Assembly: GCA_028826165.1 (NCBI GenBank)
Contig: JAPDFW010000081.1
Span: 682,001-746,000 of the forward strand
Source: Anaeramoeba ignava BMAN
Taxonomy: Eukaryota > Protista > Anaeramoebae
Reading direction: 5' to 3'
DNA length: 64,000 bases
The position numbers and the translations under genes are program-made. This document shows, piece after piece, positions 63,278 to 64,000 of the stretch (positions are counted from its first letter, which is position 1; the number at the start of each line of letters is the position of its first letter). The notes below the pieces were generated by a model that was given only the letters and a program-made list of their open reading frames with translations, made no database searches and had not been told where the DNA came from.

Positions 63278-64000
63278 TTAAATATCTCTTAAAATTGTTT
63301 CTTGTGAAAATTTAAGTAAATCTTGATTTATATCAGGTAAAGATTGAAAAACATAAATTGAATTGATATATTTTCGATTTATGGTTTGTTTTGAACCAGA
63401 AAATAAAACAATATAATGAGTTTCCAATGAAGAACAAACAACATGTCCACCACTTGGAGGAGGCCATTTATATTCTCGATTTTTAACAAAATTTTGATAT
63501 TCACTTTTTTTAAGATCATTTCTAGATAATTCCTTGATTTGATTATTTGGAGTAAGATCATCCCAAATAAGAAAATCCAAATCAAACGAATGCAAATCAC
63601 AAAAATGTTTATCATCAACCATTCCTCCAAAAACCATCATTTTATTTTGAGAATAATCAATCCAACAAGAACAACGATCTCTTGGAGAAGGAGCATTTGG
63701 TTTAATAATTTCAGTCCAAGTTAAAGTTTTTGTCTCGAAAAAATACAAATTATTATAATATCCATTAGCCTGTTCAAATCCTCCAAAAACAACAATCAAA
63801 TCCTTCCAAATAATTGCAGAACAAGAACTTCTAACTGAAGGTATATCTCCATACATTTTATATTTTTCCCATTGGTTTCTCTTAATATTATAACTTATCA
63901 TTTCATTAGTTCTTTTTGCTCCTCCTAAATATCCTCCAAAAAACCAAATTTCTGATGTTTCTTCTTCAAGACAAGCTGTGTGACTATGTCTTCCTTCATA
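63278..64000 (-). CDS. Kelch-repeat protein (5' part beyond the window)
   Basis: 'GRHSHTAC...IWFFGG', 'PSVRSSCSA...VVFGG', 'PSPRDRCS...MVFGG'. The frame is open to the window edge. Confidence 0.88.
   Translation of the reverse strand, partial: YEGRHSHTACLEEETSEIWFFGGYLGGAKRTNEMISYNIKRNQWEKYKMYGDIPSVRSSCSAIIWKDLIVVFGGFEQANGYYNNLYFFETKTLTWTEIIKPNAPSPRDRCSCWIDYSQNKMMVFGGMVDDKHFCDLHSFDLDFLIWDDLTPNNQIKELSRNDLKKSEYQNFVKNREYKWPPPSGGHVVCSSLETHYIVLFSGSKQTINRKYINSIYVFQSLPDINQDLLKFSQETILRDI

Noticed and set aside
1-64000. Inteins, tRNA/rRNA genes, transposase or reverse-transcriptase ORFs
   Set aside because: No Hint-type C...HN[CST] insertion in any protein, no structured GC-rich RNA gene and no mobile-element protein motif was seen by eye.
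1-64000. Alternative genetic code or stop-codon readthrough
   Set aside because: TAA, TGA and TAG all terminate genes at expected ends, and internal stops are explained by introns or homopolymer indels.

Overview
Extremely AT-rich eukaryotic (protist) genomic DNA with GT-AG spliceosomal introns, many of them inflated by short tandem repeats. The composition, the NQNQ/ENEN low-complexity tracts and the BTB/RCC1/TLDc/RGS-DUF547 gene families suggest an Anaeramoeba-like metamonad, but this is inference only. About 19 genes can be assembled by hand. In order: Vps34, LisH-RasGEF, glucosidase I (MOGS), a NEDD8-like protein lacking Gly76, a divergent H2A, a rearranged BTB pseudogene, an ankyrin-DH-PH RhoGEF, a 4-TM voltage-sensor-like protein with a 17-nt microexon, a myristoylated PAS-coiled-coil-RGS-DUF547 protein, a multi-TM orphan, Ras, DOCK, a talin-head protein, a rhomboid, BTB-TLDc, two tandem RCC1-BTB paralogs, an orphan and a Kelch gene. 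The strongest novel signal is the RCC1-BTB pair: nearly identical framework DNA with non-synonymous changes clustered at equivalent propeller loops, like a diversifying receptor family. Other highlights are a GC-rich island inside one gene, ~146-bp AT satellites, a TTTCATTT promoter motif before almost every ATG, and intron repeats that avoid AG/GT on the sense strand. Several frameshifts in homopolymers are probably consensus errors. Exon boundaries were read by eye.
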